Assembly: GCA_964292095.1 (NCBI GenBank)
Contig: CAXYUL010000001.1
Location: 1-31,430 of the forward strand
DNA length: 31,430 nt
Reading direction: 5' to 3'
Source of the DNA: an uncultured Bacteroidales bacterium
GTDB taxonomy: Bacteria; Bacteroidota; Bacteroidia; Bacteroidales; UBA932
Shown here: piece after piece, positions 17,248 through 26,471 of the stretch
Layout: every line of letters starts with the position of its first letter
Position numbering within the stretch: position 1 is the stretch's first letter
The notes under the pieces: generated by a model
Told to the model about the DNA's origin: nothing
The model's input: the letters and a program-made list of their open reading frames with translations, nothing else
The model's database searches: none
Position numbers and translations under genes: made by a program

Positions 17248-18756
17248 ATGAAAAAATACCTAATTTTAGTTTTAGCGCTTTTTGCAAATATTGCAATATA
17301 TGCGCAGTCTGTAGACTCAGTTGCAATTGCCTCAGTTGAGCCTCAGGTTCAGACGCAGTTAACTGAAAATGATACTACTGTAGTTGAGCAGAGCGCTGTT
17401 AGTTTAAGTGGGACTAAGCCAAATCCTTATTCTGCAATTTTGGCAAAAAAAGACTTTAATATAGATTTAATGTCTATTTTGCGAGGTATTATAGGAATGA
17501 TAGTTGTTTTAGCTTTGGCTTGGGCTATAAGCTATGACAGAAAGCATATAGATTGGGGAACTGTATTAAAAGCTCTTGCCCTTCAGTTCCTTATTGCAAT
17601 TTCTGTGCTCTTGTTTCCAGCAGTTCAAGGTTGTTTTGAATTTTTAGGAAAGTGTTTTGTGGCTGTTCTAGGGTGGACTAGGGCAGGCTCTGAGTTCCTT
17701 TTTGGCTCGCTAATGGATACAAGTAAATTTGGATTTGTATTTGTTTTACAGATACTTCCAACAATTATATTTTTCTCTGCTCTAACTAGTTTATTCTTTT
17801 ATTTGGGAATACTTCAAAAAGTAGTTTGGGCAATGGGTTGGGCTCTTTCAAAATTAATGAAATTGTCGGGAGCTGAATCATTATCTTGTGCTGGTAATAT
17901 TTTCTTAGGACAAACAGAGGCTCCTCTTATGGTAAAGGAGTATATTCCTAGAATGACAAAATCTGAGTTAATGCTTGTTATGACTGCGGGGATGGCTACA
18001 ATGGCAGGTGGAGTTTTAGCTGCTTATATTGGAATGTTAGGTAATGGTGATAGAGCCCTAGAGGTTGAATTTGCAAAGCATCTACTATCAGCAAGTGTTA
18101 TGGCTGCCCCAGGAGCAATTGCAATGTCAAAAATTATTAGACCACAGACAGAACATATAGATAATACGGTAGAGGTTTCTCAAGAAAAGATAGGAAAGAA
18201 TGTATTAGATGCTATTTCTAATGGAACTACAGAGGGGCTAAAACTTGCAGCTAATGTGGCTGCAATGTTATTAGTCTTTTATGCTTTAATTGCAGGTTTT
18301 AATTATATATTTCTAAAACTTGGAGATTGGACAACTTTAAATAATGTAATAGCAAGTGCTACAGATCAGAAATACAGTGGTTTATCTCTCCAATTTCTAT
18401 TATCATATATCTTTTATCCAGTTATTTGGCTTACGGGTATACCTACTCCAGATATTGCTTTGGTTGGACGTTTACTTGGCGAAAAAATTATTCTTACAGA
18501 GTTTGTTGGTTATCAAAGTCTTGCAGAAATGATACGTGATGGCGTTTTCTCTTCTCCAAAATCTATGATTATGGCTACTTACGTGCTTTGCGGTTTTGCA
18601 AATTTTGCATCTATAGGTATACAAATAGGTGGTGTTGGTGGTATGGCTCCAGAAAAGAAACCAATATTATCTTCCTTTGGACTTAGAGCTTTATTAGGAG
18701 CATCTTTAGTTGCTTTAATGTCTGCAGCAATGGTTGGAATGTTCATTGCTGCTTAG
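17248..18756 (+). CDS. nupC: Concentrative nucleoside transporter (CNT/NupC family)
   Basis: LPTIIFFSAL, GNIFLGQTEAPL, GMATMAGGVL, SVMAAPG and CGFANFASIGIQIGG motifs. Confidence 0.93.
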   Translation: MKKYLILVLALFANIAIYAQSVDSVAIASVEPQVQTQLTENDTTVVEQSAVSLSGTKPNPYSAILAKKDFNIDLMSILRGIIGMIVVLALAWAISYDRKHIDWGTVLKALALQFLIAISVLLFPAVQGCFEFLGKCFVAVLGWTRAGSEFLFGSLMDTSKFGFVFVLQILPTIIFFSALTSLFFYLGILQKVVWAMGWALSKLMKLSGAESLSCAGNIFLGQTEAPLMVKEYIPRMTKSELMLVMTAGMATMAGGVLAAYIGMLGNGDRALEVEFAKHLLSASVMAAPGAIAMSKIIRPQTEHIDNTVEVSQEKIGKNVLDAISNGTTEGLKLAANVAAMLLVFYALIAGFNYIFLKLGDWTTLNNVIASATDQKYSGLSLQFLLSYIFYPVIWLTGIPTPDIALVGRLLGEKIILTEFVGYQSLAEMIRDGVFSSPKSMIMATYVLCGFANFASIGIQIGGVGGMAPEKKPILSSFGLRALLGASLVALMSAAMVGMFIAA

Positions 18757-18791
18757 TAGTTTTAATTAAAACTTTAGCGGTATTTATAATA

Positions 18792-18835
18792 AAAAAGGGA
18801 TGACTAGTATTTACTACTTTAGTCATCCCTTTTTA
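18792..18835. terminator. Probable bidirectional intrinsic terminator between convergent nupC and fmt
   Basis: Perfect 15-bp inverted repeat AAAAAGGGATGACTA (18792-18806) / TAGTCATCCCTTTTT (18820-18834), touching the fmt stop codon. Confidence 0.88.
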
Positions 18836-19822
18836 AAAATGATAATCTTCTATATCTCTAAATCCAGCTAAAAAATCTTTTACATTCATTCGCTTTTTAC
18901 CAGCAAGTTGGAGCTCTTTAATAGATAAAATATCGCCATTTTTACAAATTACATGAATGTATTTTTTATTGTCAGAAACAATTCTTCTAATACTATCTTG
19001 TGTAAAATTGTATTTTAAGCTATCGGCAGATTCGCAATTTTCTATATCTGCCATATATATTTTAACATCAAAGCATTTATTATTGTTGCTTATTTTTGTG
19101 GTAGCAACAGGGTGTGGGGATAAACCCTTAATTAAATGTTCTATATTTTGTGCACTTTTATTCCAATCAATTATACAAAGCTCTTTAGTTAACTTAGGAG
19201 CATCTGGTATTTTACTTAAATTATTGTTCGCTATTATTTTATCTTGACAAATCCCCTTAAGGCTATTATTTTCTAAGCCTTTAACGGTTTCTAAAACTAA
19301 ATTAGAGCCTATTTCCATTAATTTGTCGTGTAGGGAACCAAAGGTGTCTTCTTTAGTAATATTACATTCTGCTTGTAGTAGTATGTTGCCAGTATCAATT
19401 TTATCGTCAAGTAAGAAGGTAGTAACACCACTCTTTTGTTCTCCATTAATTATTGCCCAGTTAATTGGGGCAGCCCCTCTATACATAGGTAATAGTGAGG
19501 CGTGTAGATTAAATGTTCCCATTCTAGGCATATCCCATACTATTTTAGGTAACATTCTAAATGCCACAACTATAAATAAATCTGCCTTAAGCTCCTGTAG
19601 TTCTTTAATAAAATCGGGGTCTTTTAACGATAGTGGTTGAAGCACTTTAATCCCTCTTTGTTCGGCAAACTCTTTAACTGCGCTTTTACTAATTTGCAGC
19701 CCCCTGCCTTTCGCTTTGTCGGGAACTGTAATAACGCCTGTAATTTCGTATTTATTCTCTAGGAGTTTAGCAAGTGGGGCTACAGCAAACTCTGGTGTCC
19801 CCATGTAAACTATTTTAATCAT
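18833..19822 (-). CDS. fmt: Methionyl-tRNA formyltransferase
   Basis: YMGTPEFA, NLHASLLP.YRGAAPINWAI, IDTG and APKL motifs. Confidence 0.96.
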   Translation of the reverse strand: MIKIVYMGTPEFAVAPLAKLLENKYEITGVITVPDKAKGRGLQISKSAVKEFAEQRGIKVLQPLSLKDPDFIKELQELKADLFIVVAFRMLPKIVWDMPRMGTFNLHASLLPMYRGAAPINWAIINGEQKSGVTTFLLDDKIDTGNILLQAECNITKEDTFGSLHDKLMEIGSNLVLETVKGLENNSLKGICQDKIIANNNLSKIPDAPKLTKELCIIDWNKSAQNIEHLIKGLSPHPVATTKISNNNKCFDVKIYMADIENCESADSLKYNFTQDSIRRIVSDNKKYIHVICKNGDILSIKELQLAGKKRMNVKDFLAGFRDIEDYHF

Positions 19823-21297
19823 ATACTTTGTCTCTCTTTTTTTAGCAATTTAATTTTAGCAATTTTAGATTTAATAAAATCTTTCTTGGCTATGTTTTTA
19901 ATGAAGTTAATGTAAGCATCTGCATTAAATAAGGCAGAATCTCTAGTTGATTTCCAAGTTAAGAATATACCCATTGGGAGCAGAACAAGTGTAGAAATAA
20001 AGGTACCGACAAATGGGAGTATTGCTCCGTCATTAGCTAATTTTTTGCCAGAGATATCTACTACCCAGTATATTACAAAGAAAAATGCAGATACAATCAC
20101 TGGAGTTCCAAGGCCACCTTTTCTTATGATTGCACCTAGAGGCGCTCCAATAAAGAAAAAGATTAAGCAGGCAAATGATAGAGTAAACTTTCTAAAACGC
20201 TCTTCAATTGTTCTTCTGAGCGGATATGCCGTTTGTTACATTTCTCTCTCGTTGTAATCTGCTGTTGCTATTTGTTCGTCTATTCTGCTAATTGCATTTT
20301 GTACACCGTTTAGTTCTTGATTAGGATTATCCCATTTGAATAGAGAATCAATAGGGAATAGAGGCATTTTTGCAAATCTTTCCGATGTGTCTAATTGATA
20401 ACTAGATGTTAAACTGCTATTATAAATTGCTCTTCTTAGCTGTCCATCTAAAAGTTTAGAAAAAGTTGAATCTAAAGAGTCTTTATCTTTATTAAGTTGA
20501 TTAAGGTTTTTAGACATTACCTCACTTCCATATTTAGAGTCATCAGATTTTTTAAAAGCATAGTTTTGTAGAGGAATAATTACCTTTTGCTCTGTAAAAC
20601 TTATCCTATTTAGATTTAGGGTAGTATCACCGTAATTTCTTTGATTATCTTCTTCGTAGTTTGTTCCATTAAATAAGGTAAATACTAGGCTAGTTTTATT
20701 TGGCGATAATTTAATTATACCAGAATCGGCAACGGTCATGCTTACATTTCCTTTGTTCTTACTATGGTCGTAAACCATAACCTCGTAAATAGCACCATTC
20801 TCTCCATTTTTAGTTACCCTAATTGTATATCCATCTATTCCATTATAAAAGATACCTGTTGGAATTTTTATTTCTTCTTTTGTTCTTCCAATATCTTCTC
20901 TTAGAGTATAAATGTTGTTATATGCTACAGGAATAAGATTATTTGATGCAAAGAAGGCTGCTACTGAGATAATAGCAGAAACATAAATAAGAGGTTTTAG
21001 TATCCGTTGTAATGAAATTCCAGCAGCCTTCATTGCTAAAAGTTCGTTATTTTCGCCCATATTTCCCATTGTCATTAGAGATGCTATAAGCGTAGATAGA
21101 GGGAGCGCCAAAGGAATAAGTGTAGCACTTCCCCAAGCTAAAAACTCAAATATAATTCCCAAACTTAGACCTTTTCCAACCAATTCATCAATATATAGCC
21201 ACAGAAACTGCATCATTAGAGTAAATGTAACTATTAAGAAGGTCATTAAAAATGGACCAAAAAAAGATTTAAGTATAAATAGGTCTAATTTCTTCAT
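19819..21297 (-). pseudogene. lptF: LPS export permease, YjgP/YjgQ family (LptF-like), interrupted by one in-frame TAA at 20238-20236 (true nonsense allele or base-call error)
   Basis: Track ORFs 20236-21297 and 19819-20100 share a frame. Reading through the TAA gives EREM*QTAYPLRRTIEERFRKFTLSFACLIFFFIGAPLGAIIRKGGLGTPVIVS, an intact YjgP/Q C-terminus. Family identity is strong; pseudogene status is uncertain. Confidence 0.7.
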
Positions 21298-21323
21298 TCT
21301 ACTATTATAAAACCAAACTATTA

Positions 21324-23939
21324 TTATTTGGTAGCAGTGTCTACCATTAGGCTTATTGCTTCTGATATACCATTAACATCTTTACCGCCAGCAGTAGCAA
21401 GGAAAGCTTGTCCTCCACCTCCGCCATTTATCAATTTTGCTGCTTGACGAATATCCTTTCCGGCATTATAGCCCTGCTCTACTAAGTCTTGAGTGTACAT
21501 TAGAGTAAGAGAAGGTTTGTTTTGGTATACCGTAGCCGCCGCAAAGATAGAGTTATTAGTTTCATTCTTTAATAGAAATGCAACTTGTTTAACAATATCT
21601 GGCTGAAAATCTCCTCTAAGTGTAAGAACATTAATGCCATTAACTAATCTAGCATTCTCTATTACTCCAGTTTTAATTGAATTTGCTCTTTCAATCATAT
21701 AAGACTCAATGTCTTTCTTAAATGATTCATTCTCTCCAACAAGTTTTGTAATAGCGCTAACAAAATTCCCCTGATTATTAAACATAGACTTAATAGATTG
21801 CATCACATCCTCATTGTTTTCTACAATAGATTCTGCATAAGCACCAGTGGTTGCCTCTATTCTTCTTACACCAGCAGCTACGGCCGATTCAGATACTATT
21901 TTAAATAAACCAATATTTCCTGTGCGTGAAGCGTGTGTGCCTCCACATAATTCTATGGATTTACCGTACTGAATAACTCTAACATTATCGCCGTATTTTT
22001 CGCCAAATAGCGCCATTGCGCCCTTTGCTTTGGCTTCTGCAATAGGGATAGATCTAAATTCGCATCTTTCTGTATTATCTCTGATTAGCTTATTAACCAT
22101 TCTTTCTACATCCCTCAATATTCTTGCATCTATTTTCTCGTAGTGAGAAAAGTCAAATCTAAAATATGCAGCATTAACAGATGAACCCTTTTGTTCTATA
22201 TGAGATCCTAAGATTTGCCTCAAAGCATAGTGAAGTAAGTGGGTTGCAGTGTGGTTGTTTTCTATTGAGTGTCTTCTTGCAATATTAATTGTAGCACTAA
22301 AGCTTTGATTAAGGTCAGATGGCATTCTTCCACATACATGTATAGGTAGACCGTTTTCTTTTAAAGTATTTATTATCTCAATTACCTCTCCACTGCTAGA
22401 TTTAATTACTCCACTATCTCCAATCTGTCCACCACTTTCTGCATAGAATGGACTTTGGTCAAATATCAGGTGGAATGTCTCTTGGTTTTTAATTTTTACA
22501 GAGCGATATTTAAGAATTTTTATATTGTCTTGTTCGTTTGTATCATAGCCAGTAAACTTAGTTTCAGAAAATGGTGCTAACTCAACCCAGTCGCTTTCTT
22601 CCTTGCTACTTGCATTTCTACTTCTGTCTTTTTGTTTTGCAAGTTCCTTCTCAAATGATTTTAAATCTATTGTGTAGGATTTCTCTTTAGCCATTAATTC
22701 GGTTAAATCTATAGGAAATCCAAATGTGTCATATAGTAAAAAGGCTTCTTCTCCGCTTATAGTTTTGGTCTCAATATTCTTTTCCATAATAGAGTCCATT
22801 AGGCGAATACCTTTTTCTAAAGTTCTTAAGAAAGAATCTTCTTCTTCTCTGATAACCTTTTCTATAAGTGTTTGTTGTTTAACAAGCTCTGGAAAAGCTT
22901 CTCCCATTTGTTGTACTAAGGTAGGAACTAATTTACACAAAAGAGGCTCGTTTGTTTGAAGGAAGGTGTAATAATATCTAACAGCCCTTCTTAAAATTCG
23001 TCTTATAACATAGCCTGCCTTTACGTTAGATGGTAGTTGTCCATCTGCTATTGAAAAACTAATTGCCCTAATATGGTCAGATATAACTCTCATTGCAATT
23101 GCTATCTCGTTGCTAGAATTATATTCTTTGTTGGTCAATTTTTCTATAGACTTAATCATATTAGTAAATACATCAGTATCATAGTTACTTCTCTTTCCCT
23201 GAAGTGCCATGCAAAGCCTTTCTAATCCCATTCCAGTATCAACGTGCTTTTGTGGAAGAGGATCTAATTTGCCATTTGCTTTTCTGTTAAATTGCATAAA
23301 CACCAAATTCCATATTTCTATTACTAGGGGATGACTTTTATTAACTAGGTCTATCCCAGGAACTTGTTCTCTTTCTTGATCGCTTCTTAAATCTATATGT
23401 ATCTCGCTACAAGGGCCACAAGGGCCAGTTTCTCCCATCTCCCAAAAATTATCCTTCTTGTTACCTAAGATTATTCTCTCATTTGGAAGGAATTTAAGCC
23501 ATGTATCTTTTGCTTCTTTGTCTAGTTCTACTCCATCCTCTGCGCTTCCCTCAAAGATTGTTGCGTAAAGTCTATCTTTATCTAGTTTATATACTTCTGT
23601 TAGAAGCTCCCATGCCCATTCTATTGCTTCTTTTTTAAAATCATCTCCAACGCTCCAGTTTCCAAGCATCTCAAACATTGTATGGTGATAGGTATCGTGT
23701 CCTACTTCTTCTAAATCGTTATGCTTTCCACTTACTCTAAGACATTTCTGTGTGTCTGCAATTCTTGTATGATTAATAGTACTATTGCCCAAAAACCAAT
23801 CTTTAAACTGATTCATTCCTGCATTGGTGAACATTAAAGTTGGGTCATTTTTAACAACCATAGGGGCGGAAGGAACTATGGTGTGTCCTTTAGACGCAAA
23901 AAAGTCTAGAAAGGTTTGTCTTATTTCATTTGCTGTCAT
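21324..23939 (-). CDS. alaS: Alanine--tRNA ligase
   Basis: DPTLMFTNAGMNQFK, QKCLR, GPCGPCSEI, EIWNLVFMQ, DTGMGLER, NHTATHLL and ELCGGTH motifs. Start moved to the ATG at 23939 (MTANEIR); the track's TTG at 23993 lies inside a TAnnTTTG element. Confidence 0.97.
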   Translation of the reverse strand: MTANEIRQTFLDFFASKGHTIVPSAPMVVKNDPTLMFTNAGMNQFKDWFLGNSTINHTRIADTQKCLRVSGKHNDLEEVGHDTYHHTMFEMLGNWSVGDDFKKEAIEWAWELLTEVYKLDKDRLYATIFEGSAEDGVELDKEAKDTWLKFLPNERIILGNKKDNFWEMGETGPCGPCSEIHIDLRSDQEREQVPGIDLVNKSHPLVIEIWNLVFMQFNRKANGKLDPLPQKHVDTGMGLERLCMALQGKRSNYDTDVFTNMIKSIEKLTNKEYNSSNEIAIAMRVISDHIRAISFSIADGQLPSNVKAGYVIRRILRRAVRYYYTFLQTNEPLLCKLVPTLVQQMGEAFPELVKQQTLIEKVIREEEDSFLRTLEKGIRLMDSIMEKNIETKTISGEEAFLLYDTFGFPIDLTELMAKEKSYTIDLKSFEKELAKQKDRSRNASSKEESDWVELAPFSETKFTGYDTNEQDNIKILKYRSVKIKNQETFHLIFDQSPFYAESGGQIGDSGVIKSSSGEVIEIINTLKENGLPIHVCGRMPSDLNQSFSATINIARRHSIENNHTATHLLHYALRQILGSHIEQKGSSVNAAYFRFDFSHYEKIDARILRDVERMVNKLIRDNTERCEFRSIPIAEAKAKGAMALFGEKYGDNVRVIQYGKSIELCGGTHASRTGNIGLFKIVSESAVAAGVRRIEATTGAYAESIVENNEDVMQSIKSMFNNQGNFVSAITKLVGENESFKKDIESYMIERANSIKTGVIENARLVNGINVLTLRGDFQPDIVKQVAFLLKNETNNSIFAAATVYQNKPSLTLMYTQDLVEQGYNAGKDIRQAAKLINGGGGGQAFLATAGGKDVNGISEAISLMVDTATK

Positions 23940-23990
23940 ATTCAATATTTGATATTTAAAGCTATATGGTTTTCTATATATATTAATGTG

Positions 23991-23998
23991 CAAAAATA
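23991..23998 (-). promoter_or_regulatory. Candidate -7 promoter element for alaS-lptF-fmt
   Basis: Minus strand TATTTTTG followed by CA, 51 nt upstream of the ATG at 23939. Confidence 0.55.
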
Positions 23999-24095
23999 CT
24001 CTTTTTTATTTAATTTTTATGATATTGTCTTTTATTGGTGTGATAATTGTTGAGAATTTGCAGATTTTTTATGAATAAATAAATATTATTATCTA

Positions 24096-24125
24096 TTTGT
24101 TTTTAGAAATAAAAATGTATATTTG
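24096..24125 (+). promoter_or_regulatory. Candidate promoter (-33/-7) for the M23 gene cluster
   Basis: TTTG (24096-24099), 18-nt spacer, TATATTTG (24118-24125) followed by CA; 23 nt before the ATG at 24149. Confidence 0.65.
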
Positions 24126-24148
24126 CAGTTGTTAAAATTTAAAAGTAG

Positions 24149-25126
24149 ATGTCAAAAAGGAAAAGATACGAGTTTAATAAAGAAACATTATCCTATGAAT
24201 TACACAGAATTCCTTTAACAAAGCGCTTCTCAAAGGGTTTTATTTTGTTCGTTCTTAGCGCGTTCGCTTTTGTGGGATATTATGCTCTGTACACGGTGTA
24301 TTTAGGATATCAAACGCCAAAGACACTAGAATACAAAAGAAAATCGGCAGAGCTACATTCTAAGTTAGATTTGATAAATAAGAAATTTGATAGAAATTAT
24401 AAGATACTTACAGAACTAGAATTAAGAGATAATAATGTGTACCGTCCTATCTTTGGTATGGAAGAAATTGCACAAGATGTGAGAAATGCTGGTTTTGGAG
24501 GAGTAGATAGATATTCTCATTTAGATAATATGGCTAACTCTAGTTTTTTAACAAACGTAGAAAAGAGTATGGATATTCTATACAAAAAAGCCTTTATTCA
24601 ATCTCGTTCATATGATGAGGTAACTTTCTTAGCTAAGAGAACAGGAGATATGGCTGTTTGTGTTCCGGCTATTCCACCTGTTGCTTTAGATAGGGTTAAA
24701 TTGTCTAGTCTCTTTGGTTTTAGAAGAGACCCTTATGATGGAAATCCTAGGATGCACCAAGGTATAGATTTAAGCGGAAATAAGGGAGAGTCAATTTATG
24801 TAACTGGTACAGGAAAGGTTATAGAAATTGGATATAATTTCTTTGGCTATGGAACTGAGATAGTTGTAGATCATGGTTTTGGATATAAAACACGATATGC
24901 GCATTTACAGAGAGTTTTGGTTAAAGAGGGGGATGTACTTCAGAGAGGTCAGCAAATTGCTACAATGGGAAATACTGGAAGATCTAAAGGAAATCACTTG
25001 CATTACGAGGTTATGTATAAAAACAATAGAGTGAATCCTTTAAACTATTATAATCAAGATCTAAAAGGAGAGCAGTATAGGGCTATGGTTAAGCCTTTTG
25101 CTAAGGGTGCAAATGAGCAAGTATAA
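24149..25126 (+). CDS. M23 family metallopeptidase (N-terminal membrane anchor and coiled coil)
   Basis: HQGID (HxxxD), RYAHL and HLHYEV (HxH) motifs. Confidence 0.92.
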   Translation: MSKRKRYEFNKETLSYELHRIPLTKRFSKGFILFVLSAFAFVGYYALYTVYLGYQTPKTLEYKRKSAELHSKLDLINKKFDRNYKILTELELRDNNVYRPIFGMEEIAQDVRNAGFGGVDRYSHLDNMANSSFLTNVEKSMDILYKKAFIQSRSYDEVTFLAKRTGDMAVCVPAIPPVALDRVKLSSLFGFRRDPYDGNPRMHQGIDLSGNKGESIYVTGTGKVIEIGYNFFGYGTEIVVDHGFGYKTRYAHLQRVLVKEGDVLQRGQQIATMGNTGRSKGNHLHYEVMYKNNRVNPLNYYNQDLKGEQYRAMVKPFAKGANEQV

Positions 25127-26072
25127 GTTTAATAGAGAGCAATTAAGGTTTATTGAGGATAAAATTGGTCTAAAAGGTTGGCTACTAAGAGTTTTTAAAT
25201 ATCTTTTTGTTAGTATTCTTTTAGCACTTCTGTACTATTTTATCTTATCCTTATTTTACAATACTGAGCAACAAAGACAAATGGCTCGCGAAAATAAACT
25301 AATGGAGCAGGAGTATGATAAACTGCAAGAAAAATTAAAAATTCTAAATAACACTGTTAAAAGTTTACAGTTAAAGGATAAGGAAATTTATAGGAATATT
25401 TTTAATGCAGATCCTCCAGATTTATATAACACAAATAAGGAAGAATCTAATTTTTATTCTCAGATAGATACCTCGAAAAATGATAATATTTCTGATTTTA
25501 TTGCTAGTAGTTTAAAAGATTTAGGCAATGAGGCGGATAATATAGCCAATTTGCTAAGTAGTATAGACTCTAATTTGCTAAAGTTAGGTGATGAAAGTAA
25601 AAATATACCGTCTATTGTTCCGATTAGGGATTTCTCTATTGGACAAACTGGCGCTTCTGTAGGAAAAAAAATTAATCCGTTTTATAAAACAGTTGCAGAG
25701 CATAGAGGCATAGATTTGCTAGCTGGTATTGGAACAGAAGTGCTTGCCTCGGCAAGTGGAACAGTAGTTTCTACAACAAGGAAAGAAAAAGGTGGAGGAA
25801 ATACTGTTGTAATAAATCATGGTAATGGTTATGTTACACAATACATGTATTTAGGAGATATCTTGGTAAGGCAAGGTCAGAGGGTGAATCAAGGATCGGT
25901 TATAGCTAGAGTTGGTGTTTCTGGAATGTCATTTGCACCACACTTACATTATGAAGTTTTCTTAAATAACAGAGTTCAAGATCCGGTTTACTATTTTTTC
26001 TCTCAAATGTCGCCACACAGATTTAAAGACGTTTTAACTATTGCAGCTAATTCGGGACAGTCGCTAGATTAG
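25113..26072 (+). CDS. M23 family metallopeptidase, second tandem paralogue
   Basis: HRGID and HLHYEV motifs. The ATG at 25113 (MSKYKFN) is preferred over the TTG at 25098 because it parallels MSKRKRYEFN of the first copy. Confidence 0.9.
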   Translation: MSKYKFNREQLRFIEDKIGLKGWLLRVFKYLFVSILLALLYYFILSLFYNTEQQRQMARENKLMEQEYDKLQEKLKILNNTVKSLQLKDKEIYRNIFNADPPDLYNTNKEESNFYSQIDTSKNDNISDFIASSLKDLGNEADNIANLLSSIDSNLLKLGDESKNIPSIVPIRDFSIGQTGASVGKKINPFYKTVAEHRGIDLLAGIGTEVLASASGTVVSTTRKEKGGGNTVVINHGNGYVTQYMYLGDILVRQGQRVNQGSVIARVGVSGMSFAPHLHYEVFLNNRVQDPVYYFFSQMSPHRFKDVLTIAANSGQSLD

Positions 26073-26095
26073 AATAAATATTAAATATTTTGGAT

Positions 26096-26467
26096 ATGCC
26101 ATACAAGGAGAAAGTTATAGAAAAAATCTACTATTCAATAGGTGAAGTAGCTAAAATATTAGGAGAGAATACCTCTTTAGTTAGGTTTTGGGCAGATAAA
26201 TTCCCAGAGTTTATTAAACCAGCCAGAACAAAAAAAGGTAATAGAATGTTTACTGCGCATGATTTGGCAAATTTTAAGATGATCTATTTTTTGGTAAAAG
26301 ATAGTGGTATGACACTAGAAGGGGCAGCAAAGAGAATGAAAGAAAACACTGAGGAAGAAGATCCTAGAGCCCATGTTATTTTAAAATTAGTGGAGATAAA
26401 AGAAAAATTACTGGAGATAAGAGAATCATTTTCTACAGAGAAAAACAGTGATTTTTTAGCACAATAA
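26096..26467 (+). CDS. MerR-family HTH protein
   Basis: YYSIGEVAKILGENTSLVRFW...KKGNRMFT MerR HTH; ATG 26096 preferred over TTG 26090. Confidence 0.88.
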   Translation: MPYKEKVIEKIYYSIGEVAKILGENTSLVRFWADKFPEFIKPARTKKGNRMFTAHDLANFKMIYFLVKDSGMTLEGAAKRMKENTEEEDPRAHVILKLVEIKEKLLEIRESFSTEKNSDFLAQ

Positions 26468-26471
26468 TTAT

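Noticed and set aside
20236-20238. Stop-codon reassignment as the explanation for the lptF TAA
   Set aside because: TAA is the most common true terminator in this window, and no other gene needs read-through.
15313-26095. Longer TTG-start versions of lptG (15345), alaS (23993), second M23 (25098) and MerR (26090)
   Set aside because: The extra residues have no family similarity, two of the TTGs sit inside -7 promoter elements, and in-frame ATGs give family-typical N-termini.
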